Shown here: positions 63,807-64,000 of the stretch, piece by piece
Layout of the letters: the number at the start of each line of letters is the position of its first letter
How positions within the stretch are numbered: position 1 is the first letter of the stretch
Source: Sminthopsis crassicaudata
Lineage: Eukaryota
DNA length: 64,000 nt
Assembly: GCF_048593235.1 (NCBI RefSeq)
Contig: NC_133618.1
Span: 230,878,221 to 230,942,220 of the forward strand
Direction: 5' to 3'
Notes under the pieces: generated by a model
Seen by the model: only the letters and a program-made list of their open reading frames with translations
The model's database searches: none
What the model was told of the DNA's origin: nothing
Position numbers and translations under genes: made by a program

Positions 63807-64000
63807 TGTAATGGGCCAGAATTCTGGAGAAAGGTGTTAACTCAGTGGAATTGATAAGACAATGGTTATATAGTTTAGCATGGTGATTAGTAATTCTCTA
63901 GTTCAGTATGATTGATTTAATCTTACAATAAATAATGGTCCCCTAGTGATATAATTATTGGTTTATACTCAATATACTGTAATGATGTAATTGTAATAGA
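63807..64000 (+). mobile_element. 3' LTR of ERV (truncated by window end)
   Basis: TGTAATGGGCCAGAA start after PPT; U3 similar to solo LTR 22888. Confidence 0.93.

Noticed and set aside
1-64000. CRISPR arrays, rRNA, tRNA, snoRNA/miRNA genes, NUMTs, non-retroviral viral inserts
   Set aside because: None recognised by eye; recurring ~30-bp motifs are dispersed SINE cores, not regularly spaced arrays. Small ncRNAs cannot be excluded without covariance-model searches

Overview
Eukaryotic, repeat-rich mammalian DNA. The L1 3' UTRs, WSINE1-type SINEs and LTR families point to an Australian marsupial, probably a dasyurid (inference). The first 12 kb holds two convergent genes: ADA on + (coding exons equivalent to human 5-11, plus a probable non-coding last exon) and PKIG on - (two coding exons). 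The rest has no CpG island or further host gene and is most likely a large PKIG 5' intron filled with L1, L2, CR1, SINE, MITE and LTR relics. The most notable object is a ~3.4-kb non-autonomous endogenous retrovirus at 60796 to >64000. It has an LTR, a tRNA-Lys PBS, a full-length decayed betaretrovirus-like gag ending in a -1 frameshift signal, only the integrase tail of pol, a gamma-type env TM remnant, tandem 55-bp repeats and a PPT, and its two LTRs belong to different subtypes. Host-gene oddities: a sense solo LTR with a poly(A) signal in ADA intron 10, and in PKIG a GC-AG intron, a uORF overlapping the start codons and an apparent C-terminal frameshift. No tools were used; repeat family names are by recognition and boundaries of old repeats are approximate.
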